A stretch of 64,000 nt of DNA from Scenedesmus sp. PABB004. Taxonomy: Eukaryota. This document shows positions 46,199-57,000 of this stretch, in pieces. The DNA is taken from positions 3,720,001 to 3,784,000 of the forward strand of contig CM026547.1 of the NCBI GenBank assembly GCA_014905635.1, in the 5' to 3' direction. How positions within the stretch are numbered: position 1 is the first letter of the stretch; each line of letters begins with the position of its first letter. The notes under the pieces are model-generated. The model was given only the letters and a program-made list of their open reading frames with translations. It had not been told where the DNA came from and searched no databases. A program made the translations under genes and the position numbers.

Positions 46199-48376
46199 AT
46201 GCCGTCCGCCAGCAAGCTCGAGAAGAAGGAGGCGGTGCGCGGCCGCGCCGGGGCCCGCCGCTCGCGCGGGCGGCCGATCTCGCGCCCCTGACGCCCCTCG
46301 GCCGCGTGCGCAGTACCACGCCCGCCTCTGCGAGTACCTGAACACCTACGACAAGGCGTTCGTGGTGGGGGCCGACAATGTGGGCTCCAAGCAGATGTCC
46401 GACATCCGCGCGGTGAGGGAGACCGCGGGGCGGCGCCGCGCCGCCGGCGGCGCGCCGGGCGCGGGCATGCGGCCGCCGCCGCGGCGGCGGCTGGCGCTGC
46501 TGCTGCTGCGCCGCCGGCGGCGGCCGGGGGCCGGCGGCAAGGCGGCCAGGCGGCCGGGGCCGGCGGCAGGCGGCCGGGGCGAGGCCCCGGCGGCCGGCAG
46601 CGGCGCCCCGGCGGCGGCGAGGCGGCGGCTCACGCGCGCGCGCCGCCCGCCAGGCGCTGCGCCCCGAGACCATCATCCTGATGGGCAAGAACACCATGAT
46701 GAAGCGCTCCATCCGCCTCTACTGCGAGGAGACGGGCAACGACCAGTGGGCCCCGATCCTGGACGAGCTCGTCGGCAACGTCGGCCTCATCTTCACCAAG
46801 GGCGACCTCGCGCAGGTGCGCTGCGCGTCGTGGCAGCAGCGCGACGCGCAGCGCGACGCAGCAGCTGGCGCGGGGCGCGGCGGGCGAGCGCGGCAGCAGC
46901 TGGGGCTGGACGCGCCGCGAGCGGCGGCGCGGGCAGCGGCGCGCGGCGAGGGGCGGCTGGCGGAAGACGCGGCAGCGCCAGCGGCGCCAGCGCCAGCGGC
47001 GGCGGGAGCAGCGCCAGCGCCAGCGCCAGCGGCGGCAGCGCCAGCGCCAGCGGCGGCAGCGCCAGCGCCAGCGCCAGCGCTAGCGCCAGCGGCCCCTGTA
47101 ATGGCAGAACCGCGCGGCGGCGCGGTGCCGCCGCGGTTTTGACAGGGGCCAGAGCGGCGGTGCCGATCTCCGGGGACGGGAAGCGAAACGCATATGCACC
47201 AGATCTTCGAATATCGGCACCAACATGCTGCACCCGCCGCGGCGCCCCCGCCACGCCACCCCACGCTCGCGGCGGCGCCGCGGCGCGGCGCGCGCCCTCG
47301 CCCCGGCCCACACCACGCGCCCGCCTCACGCGCCCGCCGGCCCTGCCGCGCAGGTCAAGGCCGAGATCGCCAAGTACAAGGTCGGCGCGCCCGCGCGCGT
47401 GGGCCTGGTCGCGCCCAACGACGTCACCATCCCCGCCGGCGGCACGGGCATGGACCCGTCCCAGACCTCGTTCTTCCAGGCGCGCACGCGGCGCAGCGCG
47501 CACGCGCGCACACACGCGCCGCCGCCGGGCTGGCGCGCCGTCGCGCCCGCGCCCCGGCCCGCCGCGCCCGTGCCCGCGCCCGCCGCCCGTGCGCCCGCGT
47601 CGCCCACCCCGCCCCCTCCCGCTCCCCCGCGCGCCCGCCGTCGCCCGCCAGGCGCTCGCGATCGCGACCAAGATTAACAAGGGCACGATCGACATCGTGA
47701 GCGACGTGCACCTCATCAAGGCGGGCGACAAGGTCGGCGCGAGCGAGGCGGCGCTGCTCGGCAAGCTCGGCGTCAAGCCGTTCAAGTACGGCCTCGAGAT
47801 CGTGCGCGTCTACGACAGCGGCTCGCTCTTTGAGCCCGCCGTGCTCGACATCACCGACGCCGACATGGAGGCGACCGTCGGCGCGGCGCTGTCCAACATC
47901 GCGGCGCTCTCGCTCGCGATCGACGTGCCCACGCTCGCGAGCATCCCGCACAGCGTCATCAACGGCTACAAGAATGTCCTCGCGATCGCGGTCGAGACCG
48001 ACTACTCCTTCCCGCTCGCCGACAAGGCGCGCGCCGGCGGCACGCGCGCGCGGCGGCGGCGGCAGCAGCGGGGTGGCGGCAGCAGCGGCGGCGGGGGCTG
48101 CAGCGGCGGCGGCGCAGCGGCGGCGGGGGCTGCAGCGGCGGCGGCGCAGCGGCGGCGGGGGCTGCAGCGGCGGCGGCGCAGCGGCGCCCGCGCGCCGTGC
48201 CGCCCATGCGCGCCGCGCCGCCCCCGCGCCCGCAGGTCAAGGCGTACCTCGCCGACCCGAGCGCCTTTGCCGTGGCCGCCGCGCCCGCGGCGGGCTCCGC
48301 GGCGCCCGCCGCCGCGGCGGCGCCGGAGCCCGAGGAGGAGGAGGAGGAGGACATGGGCTTCTCCCTCTTTGACTGA
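46199..48376 (+). CDS. RPLP0: 60S acidic ribosomal protein P0 (uL10); 6 exons
   Basis: [60 protein letters not shown], and C-terminal [14 protein letters not shown]. Confidence 0.98.
47091..47228 (+). ncRNA. Intronic box H/ACA snoRNA candidate (pseudouridylation guide for 18S rRNA)
   Basis: Two hairpins (47091-47150 and 47159-47221), hinge AGAGCG, ACA at 47223-47225; both pockets are complementary to conserved 18S sequences. Confidence 0.85.
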
Positions 48377-48679
48377 GGAGCCACGGCCCACTGCCCACAG
48401 CCCCAGCGCGACGCGCCGGCGGCGCGCGCCGCGCGCCGCGGCCGGCGGCCGCCGGCCGCCGGCGGCGGCCGCGGCGCGCGCCCGGCGCGGCGCCTGGGGC
48501 GGAGCGCGCGTGGCGGCGGCGCGGCGCTGAGCGCCGCTGGTGCGGCGCGACGCCCGCGGCGGACCGCAGCCGCCCTCATCGTCAGCGGTGTAAATGCCTC
48601 ACAGGCTCGCGAGCGAGTCGGGCACGAGCGAGTCGGGCGCCGCATCATCGCCAGGGCTTACACCGCCGCACGCCAGACG

Positions 48680-49147
48680 TCACCGCGCGCCCCCGCCGCC
48701 GGCCGCCTGCGCGAGCGCCGCCGCCGCGCGCTCCACCGCGTGCGTCAGGCCCAGCGTCGTGATCAGCCGCGCCTCCGATGCGCTGCCGTGCCACTCGAGG
48801 TCGGCGGCGCACGCCACCGCCGGCACGTGCCGCTGCTGCGACCCGTCCGCGACAAACATGGGAATGCCCCCAGCGCGGCGATGCTGCCCGGCTCCGCGCC
48901 CGCCGGCGGCGGCGGCAGCCGCGGCCCGCGCGCCAGCGCGCCCGGCGCCGCGGCCGCAGCCGCCGCGTGCGCGGCCGGCGCGCCCAGCGGCGCCCACGTG
49001 GTCAGCACAGCGTCCAGGAACGGCGCGGGCGCGAGCGCCAGGAGGTCGGGGTCCTCCGGCGGCGCTGCGGGGGCCGGCGCAGGTGGAGCTGCCGGTGCTG
49101 GTGGCGGCGGCGGCGCTGCCGCAGGCACGGCGTCAAAGTCGCCAAAG

Positions 49148-49186
<39 letters not shown>

Positions 49187-49448
49187 GCGCCCGCGGCGCC
49201 CGCGGCGGTCAGTGCTGGCGCCGCCGGGTGAGCTGCGTCCGGCGCCGCTGCTGCTGCTTCTGGCGCTGCTGCCGCTGCTGCCGCTGCTTGCGCTGCTGCT
49301 GCTGGCACTGCTGCTGGGGGAGCCGCAGGCGCCTCGTCAAATTCGCCAAAGTCGTCTGCGCGTGCGCAGAAGCAGCGGGCGGTTGGCGGCGCGCGCGTCG
49401 CGCACCCCATCTGCTGCTCTGCTGCTCAATCACACGCCCACCTGACAT
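48680..49448 (-). CDS. Small acidic protein with DFGxF motifs, aftiphilin/Laa2-like; one intron, apparent frameshift ~48870
   Basis: ATG TCA G, intron 49441-49356, then AC GAC TTT gives MSDDFGEFDE; a second motif DDGFGDFD; C-terminal LEWHGSASEARLITTLGL; minus-strand TGTAA at 48662-48658. Confidence 0.6.
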
Positions 49449-50218
49449 GCTCCTCCACCGACGCCCCCTGGCGCCTCCGGGCGTGGCGTGCTGGCCGGGG
49501 CGACGCGAGAGATGCGGCGCCGCCGCTGCTCCGCCGGCGCCGGTGCGAGGATGCGGGCTGCGCTAGCGCGGGCCGTCGCAGTTGGCAGCGATGTCACGAT
49601 CACGCAGACGGGAGCGGCACGAGCTGCCGCGTGCGGCGGCGAAGGAGCGGCGGGGCGAGCTGCTGAGGCGTGCGGCGAGGCGGCGAGCTGTGGCGAGCTC
49701 GCCACAGCTGCGGCGAGCTGCCGGTGACGCAGACTGTGGTGGGGCCGTGCCACGGCTGGCCGGCCGCAGCGCGCGCGCCAAGCGGTGGGGGCCGTGCCTG
49801 AGCCCTGCCTGAGCCCTGCGGCACTGAGACGCCGCCGCTGCCGCGGCGGCGGCACGCGCGCGCGGGGCGGCGCGGCAGCAGCCGTTGCTTGGTGGTGCCA
49901 GCCGCCCGCGCGCGGCGTCGCTCCCACGCACGCGCGCAGCCCGCGCACGCGTTGCCACTCCCACAAAGTGTGCAGCCCCTGCCACAGCCAGCCCCGCACT
50001 CGGACCGCCCCCGCAGCCTGCCCGCCGATCCGTGCTGTGATCAATCGCGCGCCAGATGGCACACCGTCGCACGGTACGACCCGCCCTGCGCGCGCGCGGC
50101 GCGCCACGGCCGGCAGCCCGCCGGCGAACGCGCCGCCCGCGCGACGCCCGCCCGCCCACGCACCGCGCGGCGCGCGCTCCCGCGCGGCGCGCGTCGGCAG
50201 CAGCGCCGCCGCGCTCGC

Positions 50219-50620
50219 TCACTCGTAGTAGAGGCCAAACACCTGGCAGACGCAGTAGAGGGAGTCGTTCTCGTAGTACTCGCTCACGAAGCTGTCGGTG
50301 GCGGTGTCCCAGAGGCAGCGCGACACGATGCGCATCGCCTGGCCCTTCTTCTGGCCGAGCGTGACCTGCACGACCAGCTTGTAGCGCTCGTAGCCCAGCG
50401 CCTTGACCTTCTCCCGCAGGTCCTCCGCTAGGTGCTTGGTCGTCTGCGCGGCCTTGACGGGGTCGTACTGCTGCTTGTCCATGCGCTCCTTGAGCACCGC
50501 CTTGAGCACCGCCTGCACGCGGTGCCGCGCAAACTTGGCGCCCTCGCCGTAGCCCGCCGGGCCGGTGATGTAGGTGTTCTCGTACACCACCTCCCGCGGC
50601 GGCGCGCCGCCGGCGTCCAT
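50219..50620 (-). CDS. Tctex-family dynein light chain, resembling outer-arm LC2; intronless
   Basis: VVYENTYITGP...KALGYERYKLVVQVTLGQKKGQAMRIVSRCLWD...CVCQVFGLYYE*. Confidence 0.92.
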   Translation of the reverse strand: MDAGGAPPREVVYENTYITGPAGYGEGAKFARHRVQAVLKAVLKERMDKQQYDPVKAAQTTKHLAEDLREKVKALGYERYKLVVQVTLGQKKGQAMRIVSRCLWDTATDSFVSEYYENDSLYCVCQVFGLYYE

Positions 50621-51096
50621 GGCGGCGCCGCTTGCCGGCGCGGCGGTGCTGCTCGCGCGGCGGGGGGCTCGCTGCGCGCTGGTGGGGCCGGCCTGCGCGG
50701 TGCCCCGTGTTGAGATGAGCGCGATGTGACTCCCCGGCAGGCGCGGGCGGCGCCTAGGGGCCGGGAGAGCGAGGTGTCGGCGAGGTTTGACCGCGTGACA
50801 TCCCGCCCAGCTCCTGACCTTCCCACAAGCTCTGGCGGCGCAGAGCGGCCCGTCAGAGTCTCCACCGTGCTCGCGTGCTGCTCTGGGGCCGCACCAAGCG
50901 CTCGGTCGATCCGCAGGCCTGGCACCGCGCCGCACCGGCCGCCGCTGCTCGTGGGTGCGCGCACGCGGCGCCGCGCCTGCGGCAGCGCCTCGCGTCTGGT
51001 CCGCTCCCAGCCGCACCAGCCTCCCAGCCGCGGCGCGGCCCAGCCGGCGCGCGCCGGCCGCGCGCACACGCGCACCAGCAGCGGCGGCCGCCCGCC

Positions 51097-51820
51097 ATGG
51101 CGGCGGAGGCGGCGGCGCCGCTGGACATGGAGACCTTCTTCCGCCAGGTGCGGCCAGGCGCCCGCCGGCCGCCGCGGCGCGCGGTCGCCCGGGCCCACCG
51201 TCCCCGGCGGCGCCGTGGTCCAGGCGAAGTACCCGCTGGTCAAGTTCACAGACATGGCCGCCGAGATGCGGGAGGAGGCGCTCGACATCTGCATCGCCGC
51301 GGTGGAGAAGCACCCCGCCGACATGGAGAAGTGCACGCAGGCGCGCGCGCTGGCCATGGCTGCATGGCCCGCCGACCCGCGCGGCCGAGCTCGGCCGCCC
51401 TCGCCGCGCGCTGCGAGCGCTGCGGGCGCACGCGTGCGCGTACGCGCGGCTCCGGCCGCAGCAGCGCGGCGGCCAGACGCCAACGCCGCGCATGCCGTGC
51501 GCCCCGCCGCGCGCCAGATGATCAAGGACCAGCTCGACCGCAAGTTTGGCGCGCCGTGGCACGTCATCGTGGGCAAGGGCTTCGCGTACGAGGTCACACA
51601 CGAGGCGCGCCGACAGCACAGCACAGCACAGCGCGCCCGCCGCCGCCGGGGCGGGCAGCAGGGCCCGCCGCGCGCGGGCGCTCGCGCGCAGGCGGCCGGC
51701 TGATCAGCGCGCCTGAGCGCGCCGGCCCGCCCCGTCGCGCCCCCGCGCCGCCTGCAGCTCCGCACCATTCTCTGCCTCTACGTCGGCGGCACGACGGCCG
51801 TGCTGATCTGGAAGATGTGA
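51097..51820 (+). CDS. DNAL4: Axonemal dynein light chain LC10/DNAL4 (LC8 family); 4 exons
   Basis: YPLVKFTDMAAEMREEALDICIAAVEKH, MIKDQLDRKFGAPWHVIVGKGFAYEVTHE and LYVGGTTAVLIWKM*. Confidence 0.9.
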
Positions 51821-52051
51821 GCGGCCGCGGCACGGGCCAGCGAGCGCGGCGGCGGCGCAGCGGGCTGGCGGCCCCTCTGACCAGGGGCGGGCCGGCGGCC
51901 GCGTGACACGCGGCGGTCGGGTTGTGTCCGAGCGTTACTCGCAAATGCAGCCAGCAACTCGGCACGCTGCGGCCGCCACGCGCTCCAGTCCCAACGCGCC
52001 GCCGGCGGGCTAGCTATAACCAGAAGAGATGCGAGGGAGGCACGCGACCGC

Positions 52052-54003
52052 TCACCCGCTGGCCCCGCCCGGCGCGGCCGCGGGGGCGCCACCGCCGCCG
52101 CCGCTGCCCGGCTGCTGCCGCAGCAGCGCGTCGCGCAGCGCCTGCTGCGCGTCGGGCCCGAACCCCGCGGCCGCGAGGTACGCCGGCACGCCGCCGTGCT
52201 CGTCGCGCAGCATCTGCAGCGCGGCGTGCATCGCCTCGCGCGGCGCGCGCTCAAACGCGGCGCGGTCGAGGCCGCTGACCTTGGGGTTGTCCTCCAGGCC
52301 CGCCAGCGCGACCATGTGCCAGCGGTCGCTCAGCACATAGTCAGCCAGCACCTGCGCGGCACCGGTGCCACGGCGGTGGCCGCACCGGCAGCGCGAGGTG
52401 TGGGCGCGGGCAGCGCCGCCGCCGCCGCCGCGGGCGCGTGCCGCCGCGGGCGCGTGCCGCCGCGGGCGCGTGCCGCCGCGGCCGCACCTGCTCCTCGCTC
52501 GCGCCCAGCACGGAGAGCAGCAGCGCCGCGACGAGGCCGGTGCGGTCCTTGCCGGCCTTGCAGAAGAACAGCACCGGCCGGCGCGCCTCGGCCGACGCTG
52601 CGGCGGGCGAGGGGGTTGCGGGCGGCGGCGGCAGCGGGCGGGCGAGCGTGGCGGTGAGTGAGCATGCGGTGCTCAAACAGCGCGCGTCGCGCTGGTGGCG
52701 GCGGGGCCGCACCCAGGATGTGGCGCAGTGCGGCAGCAAACTCCTGGGGGCTGTCCTCCAGCAGCGTGCGGTACAGCCCCGCCAGGCCGCCCGCGTTGAC
52801 CTCCCTGCGCGCGCGGGGCGCAGTGCGGCGCCGCGGCAGTCGGCGGCGGGCGGGATGCGCGCAGGACGGACGGCGCGCGCGGGCGCGGGGCGGGGCGGGG
52901 CGCTGCTCACGCGATGGCCATGCGCCGGCTCGCGGGCTTGTCCAGCAGCGACGTCGCGACGAGCTTGAGCGCGCGGCGCTTGCCCATGCGCGAGAGAATG
53001 CTCCAGTAGTAGCGGTGCCTGCGGGGCGCGCGTCAGCGGCCGCGCGCGCCAGCGGCCGCGCGCGCTGCGCCCCGTGCGGGCGCGCGCGTGCAGCGAGCCC
53101 GCCGCCGCGCCGGCCCGGTGCGCACTTCTCCATGACCGCGATCTGCACGCGCAGCACGCCCTCGCGCTCGGCGCCGTGCACGTACGTGGTCGCGTCCGGC
53201 ACGACCTGCGCGCCGCGGCGGCGGCGCAGGCGGGCGCTCGGCGGCCGCCCCGGCGCGCGACCCGCTCGCGCGCCCGCCCGGGCCGCCTGCGCGCCCTGGT
53301 CACCCGTCCGGTCGCGGGGTCGCGGCGGCAGCGGCAGAAGCTGATGCCGTCGAAGACGTGGCTGCCGCCCTCCGCGGCTACCTCCTCGGAGCTCCGAAGG
53401 TCAATCTACGCGCGCACGGCGCTGCGTCGGGCGCGCGGCGCCGCGGGCGGCTGGCCCAGCGGGCCACCCACCCCCCGGCCGGGCGCGCGGGCGCACCAGG
53501 TCCTTGATGCCCAGGTCGGCGAACAGCAGCCGCAGGTCGCCGGGCGTGGCGCTCACGGGCGCGGCCGTGCGGAACACCGCGCCTGCGCGTTGCGCCGGCG
53601 GCGCGCGCTCGCCGGCGGCGCGCGCCTGACCGCCGGCAGCGCAGCGCCCCACGGCATCGCAGCGCCCCACGGCATCGCAGCGCCCCACGGCATCGCACCC
53701 GGCCTCATGGGGCTGTACGCGTCCGCCAGGTCCCTGAAGTTTTTGACCGCGTCGAGCTCGACTGACGCCGCTGCTGCTGCCGCGCCGCCGGCGGCGCCAG
53801 CGGACGCGCTGCGCCGGCCTGCGGGCGCGCGGGGGCAACGCTGCAGTCACGAAGTGCCTGCGTGGGGCGGAGCTGCTGGCGGGCGGCGCGGCAGCAGCAG
53901 CAGCGGCCGCACCTGAGCGCGTGAGCACCATCGCTGCTGCCCCGCCGCCGCTGCCCCAAGCCCTGCACAGGCGGTGGTGGGCCAGCGCCCGCGACAGGAG
54001 CAT
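52052..54003 (-). CDS. Protein tyrosine/serine phosphatase family (Y_phosphatase3, PtpB/IphP-like)
   Basis: VKNFRDLA, IDLRSSEE, CX5R loop FFCKAGKDRTG, LADYVLSD and HGGVPAYL. Start is 54003 or 53931. Confidence 0.9.
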
Positions 54004-54222
54004 CAATCTCGCCTGCGGCCCGCAGCCCGCAGGACGGCGGCAGCGCGAGCGCGTGCGGCGAGGCGAGCCGGAGCGGCGGCAGCGCGCGTGCGCTCGGCTA
54101 GCCGCGGCGAGCGGTCAGCGGCGCCAGGGCTGAGTGGGCGCTCAATCCCCAGAGGCGGCCTGTGTCGGTGCCGTCTAACGTGGTTTTGTTCGCGCGGTTC
54201 AGCGCTGGCCCGCGGCCGCCGC

Positions 54223-55127
54223 CTACGCCGCGCCACCGCTGCGACGCAGCAGCTCGTCCGCGCTCGGCGCGCCGCCCGGCGACTCCACCTCCCGCAGCGC
54301 GTGCCACACGAGCGTGGAGGTGTTGGTGAAGGCAAAGAGGCCGTGGAAGCTCTTCCCGGCGAGGAAGAGCGGATACCTGGGCGCAGGCGGCGGCGGTCGG
54401 CGCTGGGTCTCACTCTGTGGTCCGAGGCAGTGCAGCGGGGGCTGCGAGCCGCTGCGGCGCCGCGGCGCTGCAAGAGCGGCCGCGCCGCACAGCCACCAGT
54501 GCCTGTCGTCCTCCCACATCGCGTCAAAGTTGATGCGCGCCGCGTCGGTCCAGACCGGGCACATCTCCTCCGTCTCGACCGGCTCGCCGACGACGCCCGG
54601 CGCGTGGAACACTGCGCGCCGCGCGCGCCGGGGCGGCGCGCTGGGTGCGGCGCCGCCGGAGAGCGCGGCGCCGCTGGGTGCGGCGCAGCCGGAGAGCGCG
54701 GCGCCGTCTCGCAGCGGCCAGGAGCCTGTGCCTCGCACCGTGCACCTCCCAGGGCTCGGGGTTGTCGTCCCACACAAACGTGAGCACGCCGCGCAGGTCC
54801 AGGCGCGTCGCCGCGACGCCCGCCTCCTCGGCCAGCTCGCGCGCGGCCGCGGCGGCGACGGTCTCGCCGGGCTCGACCTTGCCGCCAAAGCCGTTGAGCA
54901 GGCCCGCGCCGAAGCCGCGCTTCTTGCGGCCCAGCAGCACGCGGCCGCCGCGCTCGTGCACGATGGCGAGCTGCGGCGCGCGCGGGCGGGCGGGCGCTCG
55001 CCCGGCTGCCAGCGGCCAGCGGGTGCGCCGCGCCGCCGCGCGCCGCCGCCGCGCGCACGGTGAGCAGCTTCCGGGCGCCCGCGGCGCGTGCGAGCACGCC
55101 GCCGACAAAGGCCGGCGCGCCGGCCAT
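54223..55127 (-). CDS. NUDT1: Nudix hydrolase, MTH1/NUDT1-like (8-oxo-dGTPase)
   Basis: RKLLTL, VLLGRKKRGFGAG, Nudix box GGKVEPGETVAAAAARELAEEAG, ETEEMCPVW and MWEDDRHWYPLFL. Confidence 0.9.
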
Positions 55128-55601
55128 GCGCGCCGGCGCGCCGTTCGAGCAGCAGCAGCGCGGCGCGCGGCCGCGGGTGTGCGCGCTTGATCGGCGGCGG
55201 CGGGGGCGCGTTCCGGCGCGGGGCTGGCTTGGCTGCTCGCGGGCGTGGTTGAGGAGGGGCGCTGGAGCTGCACGGGGTGGCGCTGCCCCGAGCGGCGGCG
55301 CGCTGCGCCGAGCGGCGCGCGGTCCTGCGAGGACCGCTGCGGCTCAAGCCGCGCCGCCGCAGCCGCCGCAGCCGTGCCGCCGTCGCGCCACGAATCAGAG
55401 AGCCACCCAGGAGCCGCAGCGACCTCTCCCCCGCCACGCGTCCGCCCCGCCACGCCGGCGCAGCCCGAGAGCGGCTCGAGAGCGGCGCTGCAGCGCTCGC
55501 CAGGTGCGCGGCGCGGTCTCGGTGACGCCGCCGGCTAGCGGGCGCGAGGTCGCGCCGGCTGACCCGCCGCGGCGCGCGCAGGCGAGAGGGGCAGCGGCTC
55601 G

Positions 55602-56423
55602 ATGCTGCGTTCCGGCGCCTCCCCCGCGTGCAGCAGCCGCCCGGCGCCGCGCACGGCGGCGTGGACGTCTCCGGCTTCCCGGCGACCGGTCACGCGGGTG
55701 CGGGCTCGCGCGCGCGGCTCGAGCGGCGGCGGCGGCAGCGGCAGCGGCGGCCGCCGCCCGTGGCGGCCAGCGCGGCGCGCTGCGTGAGGGCTGCTGCGCC
55801 GCGCGGTCGTGACGCCCGGCGCTCGCTGACGCAGCAGCGCCCGTGGCCGCCGCCCGGCCGCCGCAGGCCGCCGGCGCCAACGGCGCGTCCGCTGCCGCCG
55901 CCGCGGCGCCGGCGCCGCCAAAGCCCGCGGCCGCGGCGGGCGCCAAGCCGTTCACCAACACCAACCGCTTCGTGGTGCCCAAGCACGTGCAGCCGGCGTT
56001 CCTCGCCGAGTGGCGGCGGCGCGAGCGCGAGATGCAGGCGTTTGCCGGCTTCACCGCCTTCAACGTCATCTCCGACGGCGACAGCTTCACCGTCAGCAGC
56101 AGGCGCGCGCGCGCGCAACCGCCGCGCCCGCTGCGCGCCGCGCGTGCGGGGGGCAGCGCGGCCCGGCGCCGCGCGACGCGGAGCCTTGCGCGCGCCGCGC
56201 CGCCCGCCCGCCCGCCCGCCCGCCGCCCACTCGCCGCCGCCGCTGCCGCCGCCGCAGCTGGGCGAGCATCCCCGAGTGGGAGGCGTGGTCGCTGAGCGAC
56301 CCGTGCCGCCGCTCGCACCTGCCCTGGGGCATCTGGCAGCTCGTGCCGGCCAAGGGCGAGGGCTTCCCCGAGGACTTTGTGCCCTTTGTCGGCTACGACA
56401 CGCCCGTCAACGCCAAGTACTAG
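55602..56423 (+). CDS. ABM-domain (IsdG/antibiotic biosynthesis monooxygenase-like) protein, probably plastid-targeted
   Basis: TNRFVVP, FLAEWRRRE, GFTAF, SSSWASIPEWEAWSLSDPCRRSH. The 5' exon structure could not be resolved. Confidence 0.65.
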
Positions 56424-57000
56424 CGGCGGCGGCGGCGGCGGCGGCGCGTGGGCGGCAGGGCGGGGCGCGGCAGGGGTTGGCCGCGGCAGCCCTCGCTTAT
56501 CGCAGCCGGCCCCTAGCCAGCAGCAGCAGCAGCAGCACGCAGGATGTGTGGGCGCGCGGGAGTGCTGCCGCGGCGGCGCGGCCTGTTGGCTTGCACCAGA
56601 ACGTAACCTGGAACCTGTCCCGCCATGCCGACCGATCTCGACATCCACAACGACCGATCAAAGTCACCGCCCACCCCGCATTCCCAGACAGATTTCGGAT
56701 GGATGCCGCGTGGCTGTGTGAGTGACCCACGCGCCGGCACGTGTCGCGTGACACACGAGGCGTCAGAGAAGCAGAAACAAATCGGCCGCACATGCAACCG
56801 AGCAGTGCAAATATCTGCCCCGCGCGCCCGCGTGTGCGTGCGGTTGACCGAGCGGTGCACCGATCCACGTCTGATCACGTCACCAACAGCCCCGCGTGCG
56901 TTTGTGCTTGAAGTGCGCATTCATTGACGCGAGCCGCTCGACGCTGAGGGGACGCCGAGAAGGCCAAGCCAAGGAGGAACCGAAGCCAGCGCCGCGCCGG

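Noticed and set aside
46970..47090. (GCCAGC)n Ala-Pro repeat as a coding insertion in RPLP0
   Set aside because: It lies inside the GT-AG intron 46816-47353; P0 is continuous without it.
56430..57000. Lower-GC stretches (also 29000-29600, 49450-50200, 62600-62930) as ncRNA or foreign DNA
   Set aside because: Their positions fit UTRs and promoters; I found no convincing boxes, cloverleaf or long stems.
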